Below are positions 34,806 through 47,019 of a stretch of DNA of 64,000 nt, in pieces. Origin of the DNA: Utricularia gibba (Eukaryota; Plantae; Magnoliophyta). The notes under the pieces are model-generated. The model made no database searches. It saw nothing but the letters and a program-made list of their open reading frames with translations, and had not been told where the DNA came from. Position numbers and translations under genes: made by a program. Each line of letters begins with the position of its first letter. Position 1 is the stretch's first letter. The DNA is taken from the NCBI GenBank assembly GCA_002189035.1, contig NEEC01000004.1:2046001-2110000 (forward strand), read 5' to 3'.

Positions 34806-36504
34806 TGATATGATAAAAATCGGTTGGGGATAATCGGTTTCTGAAAGGCTGCCAAGTGGGGTTTTGATGGGACAATGCCAATCGACAGATTGATATGTGT
34901 TAGGAATCTTACAAGGGCAGTATGACACAATTTGAAGAGTAACCGAGTCACGGCAGGATGGGCGACGATTGTCGAAAAAGCAAGATCATAGCATAAGTGT
35001 AGAAAGGTAGCCAACCCAGATAAAGGAAGACCACCAATCATGATGAGTGTCAGGAGGTTTAACGATAAAATCGGGATGATCTTTGAACTGACGAAACTGG
35101 AAGTGGGCACGCCCATGCATCGGCGGCCTAGCTTTTCGGACCACAACTTTGAAGAGTTGAAAAAAGTCCACCAAGGTCATCGCCGGATCCATACCCGCCG
35201 AATAGAACAATAAGGCAGTAAAGCAGAAGATCGAATTCGGGGCTAGGCAATAGAGGGGGATGGCGAACATATGAAGAAATTGGACGAGTAGAGGATGAAG
35301 CGGAAATCAAAGGACATTTTCTAAATATGCGATGGGGACGGGGAGACTAAAGCGGGGAAGAGGCCTTTACCCAAGTCCCCATGGAATCTGACTATCCCTT
35401 GCCTGAGAAACGATATATTCTTTCGGAATCGAATATTTGGAGCGGATTGCCGAGATGTTCAGTGTGCTAGATTTTCTACCCATTCCGTTTTCGAGAACTG
35501 AAAGATAGAGGAGGTTGCAAAGAGGACGGATGAAGAGCAGAAACCTGAGGGAATAGAAGAGGAGGAAAGGGATTTCAGAGGTATGGCGGAACGCAGAACT
35601 AACCCAGGAATGCGGAAAGAGGCAGGTAAAAGACGGATACCTGAAGGACGTGCAACTTCCGATGAGTAACACGACGGAGCACGAACGGCGCTAAAATTTC
35701 ACGGAAGAACAAAAAGGGCAAAGGGGAGAAGTGACGAGAAAAAAGAGCATTTATAAGGGGGGTGTTCGGGAGGCGAAATGGCGCACCATTCAGAATGCCC
35801 AAAATGAGCGGGAAAAAGTGTGGCACACCCAGGAGGTGACGTGTGGAGAGGAAAGGGAGAGAGAAGAAGAAGAGAGAGGGGAGGAGAGATACGTTCGAAA
35901 TCGGAATGGTTGCGATTCTGATTCCCCGACTTGCCCTGGAAGGGTTCATATCGGCAAATCAGAGGGGCTGAATGATAGGATAAAAATCGGTTGTAGATAA
36001 TCGGTTTCTGAAAGGCTGCCAAGTGGGGTTTTGATGGGACAATGCCAGTCAACAGATCGATATGTGTCAGGGATCTGACAAGGGCGGTATGGCACAGTCT
36101 GAAGATTAATCGAGTCATGGTAGGATGGGCGGCGATTGTCTGAAAAGCAAGATCATAGCATAAGTGTAGAAAGGTAGCTGACACCTGTGGAGCTCATGAT
36201 TCGGTCGGGTCGACCCCCCTTTATAAATAGAAGAAATCCTAACGGAGAGGGGGGAATCCCAAGCCACCTAATCTGTACCTTTCTTCACCACATCCCTCTA
36301 GTAAGAACTTTCTCCGACGAACTCTGACAGCTCCGTGGTTTTTTCCGTCTTACGGTGGTTTCCACATAAAAATCTCCAGGTTACACCAAATCTAACAAAA
36401 CCAAATCTAACAAAACCGCGAAAAACATAGGAAGATACGAAATCTCCAGGTTGTACCTTTTACTCGAAAACCGGTCCATTCACAAACATCGATTTTCACC
36501 CTTA
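34806..36504 (+). mobile_element. Internally deleted Ty3/gypsy Tat-like LTR retrotransposon: truncated 5' LTR 34806-~35015, internal remnant, PPT, 3' LTR 35973-36504
   Basis: A ~205-bp direct repeat (34806-35012 vs 35973-36180); AGAGGGGC polypurine tract before the 3' LTR; TATAAATAG inside the LTR; TSD GGGTT/AGGTT. Removing it restores the MULE frame KIMG-YC*QLEATN. Confidence 0.82.
34986..35500 (-). pseudogene. Antisense accessory ORF remnant of the Tat-like element (Transposase_28-like)
   Basis: IRSKYSIPKEY..YCLAPNSIFCFTALL..DFFQLFKV..KPPDTHHDWWSSFIWV, antisense and just upstream of the PPT, where Tat/Ogre elements carry such ORFs. Family assignment is from recall only. Confidence 0.5.
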
Positions 36505-39063
36505 AGGTTATTGCTAGCAATTGGAAGCCACTAACCTAGGTTTGATAGTTAAACTAGATTTGGATGATGATTCTATTGAACTAGGCCACAAGTGGTTCAG
36601 GAGGCTTTACATTTGCTTGGGTTATTGTAAAAATGGTTTTAGGCTTGGTTGTAGAGAAATATTTGATGTAGATGGATGCTTTCTAGATTTAAAATGTAGG
36701 GAATGATCTGCTTACTGTAGTGTGTCTTGATGCAAATATTCAAGTTTACCCAATAGCATATGCACTTGTCAAAGGAGAAAATAAGGAGGCTTCGAGATGG
36801 TTTCTATCTATTTTAAAGAAGGATATCGGCATTATGAATGACATGTAAGAGTATGTAATCATGTCTTATCAAGATAAAAGGATTGGAGTGTGCTAACACG
36901 ACTATTCTTCCCAATATTCAGGTTCACATTTTCTAATTTTTTATATTTTTTCATTTTATGTCACATTTTAACATATGGCCCGTGATTCCACATATGGCAC
37001 TATGTTAGACATATGGTCTAAAATTTGAAAGATAATGGCTATGAGGCTGTAGTGATTCAAAGCATTGTATGGAGTGCTACACGAGCATCAACTAAACAAA
37101 CATTTGACCTCCTTTTTTCTGAACTTGAAAAGGTTGATAAAGGTGCTTATGCTTACACGTATAATATACCACAACACTTTTGGGCTAGGTGCACATTTTC
37201 AGAGAGCACCACTTGTGATATCTTGCTAAATAACATGGTCAAAACCTTTAACTCAATGATTCTACTTGCAATAAAGTTACTTCTGGTGCCAATGTTATAG
37301 GGGATCAGAAAGAAACTCATGGAACACTTTGCGAAAAATCTCTATGGCTACTTGAGATGAAAGACTTCAAGCTATCCTCAAATATGGCAAATTGTCCAAA
37401 TGAATGAGGAAAAACAAGCCACTGGAAGAGTTATTCCATCTTATGGACGAACACTGAAGATTAACATTGTGTGGATCTTGCAAGGAAAGCATGCACTTGT
37501 CACCGGTTTTAATTAATAGGTACTAATATGAATAAGTGTAGCAAATAGTTTCTTTTTCTAATTTGTGTTTTTTTTCTAGTCATATCTTGTAAACATGCAC
37601 TGATAGCACTGAAGGCAAAGAAATAAGCCATCCACAATTTCATATGTTCTCACTATAGTGTGAGTGCCTATGAAATCTGATACGGCATGCCTATCCCACC
37701 AATGCCTTGAAACTTGTATTGGTTGCTCTATGAGAGGGATCTGTCTTTGCTATCGTTGGTTCTGTTAGGTGAAATGGTAGATAAAAGCAAAGCCAACATC
37801 AAAGAAAAGATGAATTATGCAAAAGGTACACAAGCATGAGTGCCTACAGATGCTCCATTTGTAAGGTCAAAGGACATAATAAAAAGAACTGTCTTCAAAA
37901 AGACACTCACATCGATTTACAATCAAAGCGAAATCGCAACAAAAAGGTAGGCATTTGTTAAGACATATGTAGTAATACTTCTAGCTTTTGAAACTATTGT
38001 AATGCCAAGCAAATCTTTTGTAATGTGAAGTTATCTTTGCTTTTTGTGCTTCTACCTTGTTAACGCATTGTTAATGCAACAACAATGTGCATTTTAATGG
38101 AAGAAAGTCCACTGAAAACTAACGAGCATGTTCTTTAAAACGCATTACTTGTACAACATAAATAAACCACTTCAACAAGAAAATGAACACTAGTTCAACA
38201 AAGATCCATCTTCAATATAATCTACATTTCTTTCAATGCTAAGTGATTTTTTTCAGCCAATTAACTTTTTCCACAAACTACTATAGACCAACATGATACT
38301 GAAACAATTTTAGGAAATAATATGCATTTTACAAATCATAAATCATTAAATTTTAAGAAACAATAACATTCAATCTCAAATATGCCAAGAATTTCCTACC
38401 TCCTCAACACGGATTTGTACTTCACAGATTTTCTCCACAAGATCCATATTAGCCTCCTCTAATGCTTGGATCTTCAATTAAAAATGCATCATTTATCATA
38501 ACTTTTGGGAATCAATATGAACATCAATTTTAGCCTAAAAAACCTAACTTGTTGTGCTACTTTAGAGGGAGTCGATGAATTATTTTTTACCTCATCAAAT
38601 GATTCCAAACCCAACTCTTCCTTCAACTTCTTTACTGTCAATACGAGCTGATTGATAGTTTCATCAATACCTATCAGCATTGGTTGTGGATGCCCTCTTC
38701 ACCTGGGGCCATAGCTTTTCACCACCAACATGGGAAACATCTTCCACTGCCTTCCTCTTTTTTAACCTGTCATCGGATGCTGCACCACATTGAGACCGAC
38801 TACTTGATATTTGCAATTCTTTGACTAGGGTTCACCAATTTGGGGGCAGTTATAACTGCATAGGAACCCTAAAACAAATATAATTCTATGAGTCAGAATT
38901 ATTATAATGGTTGGGTCAATCCATTAAAGTCCATGAGTTTGTAATGGAGAGAATTGAAGTAATGTAAGAATAGAAGAAAAAGGATTCAATTGACTTCACA
39001 TTAAAAAAAAGACTAAATAAAATACCTTCCTAAAATATTAAGGACTAATTTGACGATTTCTCC

Positions 39064-39248
39064 AATTAAGTGGAGTGTTCATGATGTAATCAAATGCTTA
39101 CTTTATTCTTTTCTTTGGTATAATTGGGCCATCTTGGACTTGAACCAGAGACCTGGCCATGAAGTAAATCATTACACCTAGGGACCTATGGTCCAACCAA
39201 TTGGGGAGAATCAATAGATTTTTTTTTTTGGGGAGCGATTTATTCTTC
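39064..39248 (-). pseudogene. trnI-GAU: NUPT: 3' end of plastid trnI-GAU intron, exon 2, and trnI-trnA spacer (decayed)
   Basis: + strand TGGGCCATCTTGGACTTGAACCAGAGACC..GAAGTAAATC..GGTCCAACCAATTGGGGAGAATCAATAGA is the reverse complement of trnI exon 2 and the intron end. The spacer-like GCATTTGATTACATCATGAACACTCCACTT runs up to the MULE junction. Confidence 0.88.
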
Positions 39249-40214
39249 TATTGTATTGTGCTCTCTAAGTGTGCGTCTTCCCCTCAAATTTCATAATAAA
39301 AATGAAGTAATATCCATAGAAAATAAAATATGAGTGATAATAAAGTTAGCATAATAATAGATTAAACAAAATATTCCAAGCTGTGAAGTTTTATTCCATA
39401 AAATATCGAAATATTTATGTATTTGATTATACGGTATTGATAACATGTTCTATAACACACAATCTGGATACGTATGAATAGCAAGAAATAATGTAGTTGA
39501 GATTGAACTACAAATAACAAAAAAAATTATATTACCTATTGTATAAATTAGCAAATATATTGACTTGGAGAAATATCACTCCAATTAGAGATTGTTTAAA
39601 CAAACAAGTCTATGCCATATTGCATGTTAAGGGTTCAATACATGGTGTAGCATTTGCATGTTAGATGTTTTTATATAATTGACATTGTTCTAATATAGTT
39701 TGTTAAATTTGGCATTCAAATTGAATTTAAAATCAGTTGGGTTTAACTTTGAATAATTTTTAAGTTTTTGATCAAGTGACTTGGACAAAATTGAATATTT
39801 TACCCCAATGATTATTATCAATTTTATGTCATCAGTAACTATATATTTTAATTTAACCAAATTATTTTATGTTTAAAGAAGCATAAATAAAAATACATTA
39901 TTTTAAGTGAAAGAATTGAAATCTAATGTCTTCATTATTTATTTTCATTTAAAGTATTTTGGATGCATATATCACAATAAATACCAAGTTGGTCATGTAA
40001 AATTAATCTATAAAAGTAAGTATAAATTAAATTAAAAAATATATATATCACTGATATGCAGCCGTGATAGAAAGGGCAATTTTGTAACTTCCATTAAACT
40101 CCTACACGATGAAATAAAGTAAAAATAATGTCGAGATTTCGATTCTACGATTTTAGGGAAGGGCTTTTTTATTATCTCCTCCCATTCGATTTCGGGGACT
40201 GAATTCGCTGAAGA

Positions 40215-43200
40215 ATGGCGCGCCGAGGAGAAGCCTATGATGACGACGATGTGGAGGAAGAATACGATGCCGTCGATGAGGAGGAAGATGAAGCTGATGA
40301 CTACGACGATGGAGGGAAGACGAAACGTAAGAGGAACGCATCCGAGTTTATTGATGATTACGCTGAGGAAGACGAGGATGAAGAGGAGGACGACGACGAG
40401 GATTATCAGGGAGGTGGGCGAAGTGGAAAACGCCGCAGAAGTGCGGCTTCCGAATTCTTCGACGTGGAGGCGCTGGTCGATAGCGACGAGGAAGAGGAGG
40501 AAGAAGAAGTCGAAGATGGTTAGAGTCTTCCTACATTTTTTGTTTTTAGTTTTGGATTGTGGTATGGTGTTTATGTTCTAATTCATTGCATAGTTCATAC
40601 TTTCTACTATGTTGCTTTAGGTACTTACACATGCTTTCATGTATTTTATAGATTTTATTGATACCGGGACTGATATACCTGATGAGGGTGGTCGAAGAAT
40701 GCACCACCGGCCATTGCTGTCACGTGAGGAGGACCAAGATGATGTGGACGAAATGGCAAGAAGGATACAAGAAAGGTATGCCAGGAGCCGTGTTGAGTAT
40801 GATGAGGAGGAATCGAATGTGGAGCAGCAAGCCTTGCTTCCCTCTATACGGGATCCAAAGTTGTGGATTGTGAAATGTGCGGTATGTTGGACATCCTGGA
40901 ATCAAGGAAACACTTGAATATTTCTGAGTACCTGGCAATCTTTCCCAATTTCCCTTTTTTTTTCTGAGCAATGCAGATTGGTCGTGAAAGGGAGGCCGCA
41001 GTTTGTCTGATGCAGAAGTATCTGGACAAGGGATCCGAATTGCAAATTAGATCAGCTGTGGCACTTGATCATCTAAAGAATTATATTTATGTGGAAGCTG
41101 ACAAGGAAGCACATGTTAGGGAGGTATGAGTGAATGGTTTTCTTGATAACTTCACTCATTTATTAGTGATGAATTGGCACATTCTTTCCCTGGTTGTGTG
41201 TAGGCCATCAAAGGAATGCGCAATATCTTTCCAAGCAAAATAATGCTTGTGCCCATCAAAGAGATGACAGATGTGCTTTCAGTTGAAAGCAAAGCAATCG
41301 ATATTTCTCGGGATACTTGGGTTAGGATGAAGATTGGTACATATAAGCGTGACCTAGCAAAAGTAACAACATCCATACTCTCTCGTATTATCTCTATTTC
41401 ATTCTTTGGGAAACTAACACACCTTTTCCAATCCAAGGTGATAGATGTTGACAATGTTCGTCAAAGAGCAACTGTGAAGTTAATTCCAAGAATCGACTTG
41501 CAGGCCCTCGCCAACAAATTGGTCTGCCTTCTTAATTTTCTTTTCCTATGCCTTTTATCCTCTTGCCAGTTTCAACACCTGACTTGCAAACAAAACAATT
41601 TGAATAACTTTTTCTTTCATAAACAAGGTGTCTGACTATTGGGTACTGATTTGGGGTTTTTTTTTTGTCTTGTTTTCCCCAATATTACATTTTTCTCAAA
41701 CCTTATGTTGCCTTGTTTCAGGAAGGGAGGGAAGTTCCAAAGAAAAAAGCATTTGTTCCCCATGCGAGATTGTTGAATATGGATGAAGCAAGGTGCATTC
41801 TTTTGAACTTTTATTTAACAATAGCGGTTTGGTTTGAGTGCCTATTGTGCGTCTGCTAACTTCACCCTTTGTTTGAATTTTAGGGAGCTGAATATTCGTG
41901 TGGAGCGTAGAAGGGATCCATCAACTGGTGATTACTATGAAAAAATCGAAGGGATGCTGTTTAAGGATGGTTTTTTATACAAAAATGTTTCTTTGAAGTC
42001 CCTCAGCACCCAGAATGTCCAACCAACTTTTGATGAAATCGAGAAATTTAGGCATCCCAGTGAAACTGGGGATGGTGACCTTTCAAGTTTATCCACGCTT
42101 TTTGCTAACAGAAAGAAAGGTCATTTTATGAAAGGAGACAGTGTAATAGTTGTCAAGGGTGATCTTAAAAATTTAAAGGGGTTTGTTGAGAAAGTTGAAG
42201 AAGACACTGTTTATATCAAAACAAAAGAGAAGGGTCTTCCTGTGAGTAAGCTAGTGTTTTTTGTTTTCCTATTTCAATGGTCATGTTTTGATGAGATATT
42301 GCAATTCTGACCATATTTTTTCTATAAATTTTTAGAAAACGCTTGCTATTCCTGATAAAGAGCTATGCAAATATTTCAAGCTGGGGGATCATGTTAAGGT
42401 TGTATCTGGTGCTTCAGAAGGTGCAACTGGCATGGTTGTTTCGGTTGAAGGTCATGTTGTAGACATAGTTTCTGACACCACCAAAGAAGTTGTAAGTGTT
42501 CATCACATTGAAAACCCGTTAGAATATGGTTTGTGTCGTTTGGGGTGTAAAAGCTACTTTTGACACATGCAGTTGCGTGTATTTTCTGACAATGTTGTTG
42601 AGAGTTCAGAAGTGACATCCGGTGTCACTCGCATTGGTGATTATGAGCTTCATGACCTTGTGCTCCTTGAGTAATATTTCTTCCTCCTGCTATATTTTCA
42701 TTTCATTATTTTTTCCCCTGGTCCTTTCATCCATAAAACCTCTGAAATACGTACCTCCATATGCAGTGATAACAGTTTTGGAGTTATTATACGTGTGGAG
42801 AGTGAAGCTTTTCAGGTTTGATGCTGAATTCTGAATCCCAGGAAGAGATGGTAGCTTCCCATTCTTCCTAATATTTTCTCCATTTCTTGTTTAGGTCCTT
42901 AAGGGGGTTCCCGACAGACCTGAAGTTTCACTTTTGAAGTTAAGAGATATCAAGCGTAAGATTGATAAGCAGACCTTTGGAAAAGATCGGTATAAGAACA
43001 CGGTATCTGTGAAAGATATTGTGAAAATTCTTGAAGGTCCTTGTAGGGTATGATTTGGAACTCCACCTTTCTTTTTGCACCAATTTTATAGTTCCATCAC
43101 TGCATTAACATGATTCAGGGAAAACAAGGCCCTATTGAGCATATCTACAAAGGAATTCTCTTCATTCATGACCGGCATCATCTTGAGCATGCGGGTTTTA

Positions 43201-45349
43201 TTTGTGTTAAAGCTGAGTTTTGTATGATGGTTGGAGGATCACGAGCAAATGCTGACAGAAGTGTACTGATCTAGAGCTCTCTCTCTCTCTATGCCCCCCG
43301 CCCCCTCCCTCCCTCCTGTAACAATGATCATCTGTTCTTTGTGGCAGAACAACACAATGACATCTAGGTTTGGCCATCTCAGAAATTCTCCACGTATACC
43401 ACAATCTCCCGTAAGAACACCCAGAGGAGGTGGCCCAGTAAATTGTAAGTCTGTAGGCAGTTTATTATTATTGTAGTCGTGGTTGATGCACTGTGATTAC
43501 TTGTGATTGTTAATCTGTTCCTGGGATAAGATCCGAATGCTTTGACCCTAGAATTTTTGAGTTTCTGCATTGCTTTTATTCTTTAGGTTTTCAATGTTGA
43601 ACTTTTTATCTGATTGTTTAATTTCTCCTGTCTTCTAGTCGGAGGTAGACATAGTGGGAGGTATGGAGGTGGTAGGGGTCGTGATTCTTTAGTTGGTGCC
43701 GTTGTTAAGATTCGCACAGGTCACTACAAGGGATGTAAAGGACGTGTTATAGACGTCAATGGTGCAACAGTCCGCGTAGAATTAGAGTCTCAAATGAAAA
43801 CTGTTGCAGGTGGCGTACCTTCTTCATGATTCACAGTTTCTTGTTTATTTATCCTATGTTCTTCAACATGGTTCTCGGATTCCTCCTGCAGTTGATCGTT
43901 CTCAAATTTCTGATAATGTTAATGTTTCCACGCCATTCAGGTTTCTACATTTTTACTTTGATTATCAAGATTTTAGGCTTGTTTCTGACTTTCCTAAAAC
44001 CAGGGAAACACCCAGATATGGGATGGGCAGTGAGACTCCATTCCTTCCGTACATGACACCTATGAGAGATTCTGGAGGTTGGCTATTGTGGATACTAGGT
44101 TTGTATGAAATGTCTGCGGGTGGATTTCAATTGTAATGGATTTCTTGTTCTGTAGCAACCCCACATCATGATGGTATGAGGACACCAAAGCGTGACCCAG
44201 CATGGAATCCTTATGCGCCAATGAGCCCGCTAAGGTATGATATTTGTATGTTTTTACAATATGGCTCCTGGAAGTTGCTCTTTTATTCTTAAACATAGAT
44301 CATGTTCATGTTCTTCTAATTATAAGGGACTTTTACTGGCTTTATCTTACTAAATGTTGAATTGGAATCCAGGGATAGCTGGGAGGAGGGGAATCCTGCC
44401 ACGTGGGGAACTAGTCCTCAGTATCAGGTATCTCTTTCAGCCTAGATCTTGCTTACCTTTTTGGGTTATGTATGTGATAAGTAAATCGTTGTTGATTTCA
44501 GCCAAAAAGCCCGTCTTCACGAGCATATGAAGCACCTACGCCAGGTTCTGGTTGGGTAAACAACTCAAGTGGCAATTACAATGACGTTGGCACACCCAGA
44601 GACACTACTCCCGCCTATGGTGAATACTTGAATCTTTAGCATTCAGTGGCTTATATTCAAGATAGGTTTTGGACTCACAAGTTTCAAAAACTCTCAGCAA
44701 ATGCACCAAGCCCATACTTACCTTTGACTCCCGGTGGTCAGCCACCAATGACTCCAAGTTCAGCATACTTGCCTGGCACGCCTGGCGGACAGCCTATGAC
44801 TCCTGGAAGTGGTGGTTTAGATATGATGTCGCCCGTGCCTGGTATGAATCTTATATCTTCTTGACTATGGAGGCTTCAGAGACATGAGATAATTCTTATT
44901 TTTTGTATGATACAGGTACAGATAATGAAGGCCTCTGGCTCCTGCCTGACATTTTGGTCAATGTTCATAAGCCTGGTGACGAAAATGCCATGGGAGTTAT
45001 AAGAGAAATACTTCCGGTACTACCAGATTTCGCACATTTACGGTTACTTTTGGGTCTGTAGTTTCCCTATCCAGATGACGGTTTGGGTTTTGGTGTGCTT
45101 TAGGATGGCTCATGCAAGATCGCTCTTGGATCAAGCGGAAACGGTGAAGTAGTGACATCACTTGCGAGTGAAGTGGAGATTGCTCCTCCCAAAAAGTCAG
45201 ACAAGGTGAAGATCATGGGCGGCGCACACCGTGGGTCGACCGGGAAGCTTATCGGCATCGATGGCACGGACGGCATCGTGAAAATAGATGATACGTTGGA
45301 TGTGAAAATTTTAGACATGCTTATACTGGCAAAACATGTTCAAACATGA
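40215..45349 (+). CDS. SPT5: Transcription elongation factor SPT5, multi-exon, divergent copy
   Basis: Acidic N-terminus with SEFFDVEA, NGN domain LLPSIRDPKLWIVKCAIGRERE, KOW motifs (KGDSVIVVKGDLKNLKGFV; KIRTGHYKGCKGRV), S/T-P-rich CTR, and terminal KVKIMGGAHRGSTGKLIGIDGTDGIVK..TGA. Confidence 0.94.
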
Positions 45350-45811
45350 AGCAAAACGACCTGTTTCTCAAGGCGCGGGATCCAGGACGGTGTTCTTTGT
45401 TGTACCAGACCCCTACACTTTGAGAGAGAGAACGAGTTGTTTATTTTGTAAACGGAGCCTCCGTCCGGTCCCTAGCCAATAATCATGTGATTTGAAGCGA
45501 TAACCCAAGACGCGGATTGGAGATTAATGGATTTGTGTTTTTTTTATTATATGACATTCGATTTTAATGTCAAACCATGTTTACAAAGAGGAGTTCAAAA
45601 TTGAAGCATATTTAAAAACAAGATTGAATTTCAATACTTCATATTTGATATGGAATAGTAGTGAGTGTTTTAATCTAGATTTCTATAAGGTAACACACTG
45701 TTTTTTGAGTCAAATTAGGTTTTCATAAGTAAGACGCATTTTTCATTTCAAATGTTGGATACATCACACCATAAATCAATTACGACATGTTGCGGGATAA
45801 TAAAATCCAAG

Positions 45812-46547
45812 TGTAAGAACGTTGGTATATTATTATTAAGGCTCGAAAAAAGGCTGCACAAGGAGGCACAAGTGTTGGTGCCTGTGGCCACGTATATGGG
45901 GGAAGGTCCCCTCACGGCAAGACATTCTACCCACATAAACACAATGCTCGTACAGGGGGAATTGCCTGAAAACCTCTACGGAGAAACACCTCGGAAGCAA
46001 TTAAGGCACAGTGCCCGAACTCACCTAATGGAGAAAGCGCTCCAACACTATTGAGGAAGGTGCTCGCGTACACCGACAATTCCAGAACTTCGAGAGCACG
46101 TCACTCAGATTAACGGTGCATTACCACAGAAACATTGAGCATTGGATTTGTTGGAATTCAAAGCTCACTCTGCACGCACGTGGTGCCCAACACATGCACC
46201 GTCAGTTGCTGTGTTGATGTAATTGTATGTGCTTCGATGTACACCGCAAAATAACCAGATAAAACCTTCTGAACTTTTACTATAAAACAGCACAACAAGA
46301 GAGGAACACAAATGCACCGACTCTACAATCAAACCTCGCATGCTCACTCTAGTTGTGATCTGATCTTGATCACTCCTGCACACCGGAGTTGTTCGCCAAC
46401 TCCTCTGCTGCCTAGACAGAACTCATCCTCTGCCCCAGAGGGTGCACTAACAATCACATATGCCACTCCGATAGCCGCTACAGATAACTGCCGAAGCACG
46501 TCTCCTGCTAAGACATCCACTCCAGATTGTGGGCTTATTTCCTTACA
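45812..46547 (+). mobile_element. LTR-like segment (solo or partial LTR)
   Basis: Terminal inverted hexamers TGTAAG...CTTACA and an internal TATAAAA. The 5-bp flanks (CCAAG/GGATA) do not match. Confidence 0.45.
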
Positions 46548-47019
46548 GGATACTCTCTTCTGCGCATGGTAAAGAGTTATCGTTTAGTAAGCAAAGACGT
46601 AGTGACGCATGCCCCTGTTGCCTATTGGAAGCTTGAAGCCAGCTCCGAATAGGTGAAAATTAGGCTTGGGGGATGAATAGCTTAAACCACGATCATCCGC
46701 CCAATGCATACTCGACTTTGGCTGGAGCCGTTGGTGGTGAAAGAGCAATCTTCATCAGCACGTTCAGTTCGTTGCCTTTCTTTCCAGGAACCCAAATACC
46801 CACAAATACAAGTAAACTTAAATCGAGGGGGTTTGAATCCAAACCCCCACACAAACCATACAAAATTTACCCTTCAAGCATCCTTTTTTTTTATTATTGA
46901 AAACCTGAATTGTTCTCATTGTTGATTAGAAATGACTCCTCTGAAAAAATTGTTATGTTACGTCACTATTAGTGTTTGAAAAATATATGTATATTCTATA
47001 ACAAGCCTTATCCAAACAC

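Larger units (their letters stand above)
33247..39063 (+). mobile_element. Mutator-like element (MuDR-type transposase pseudogene, about 33830-37950), 5.8 kb including a nested LTR element
   Basis: Fragments GFKYVKLKEGLHF..NGKELQWKNNDS, RLYICLGYCKNGFRLGCREIFDVDGCFL, YPIAYALVKGENKEASRWFL, a SWIM-like CTC motif and CSICKVKGHNKKNC. Ends GGGCCACAGAGCCTATTTG / revcomp GGAGAAATCGTCAAATTAGTCC are degenerate TIRs. Degenerate 9-bp TSD AGCTAAGTC / AATTAAGTG. Confidence 0.85.

Noticed and set aside
40237-40581. 114-aa R/K/M/T-rich ORF and similar alternate-frame or antisense ORFs over the RLK, KELP and PEX1 exons
   Set aside because: These are frame shadows of biased coding sequence such as GAN-rich acidic tracts.
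45752-46572. ORFs of 100 and 86 aa downstream of SPT5
   Set aside because: They fall within the LTR-like segment and show no gag or pol motifs.
46827-46848. Palindrome GGGGGTTTG-AATC-CAAACCCCC
   Set aside because: A 9-bp stem in TE-rich DNA, probably MITE debris; no partner ends or TSD were identified.
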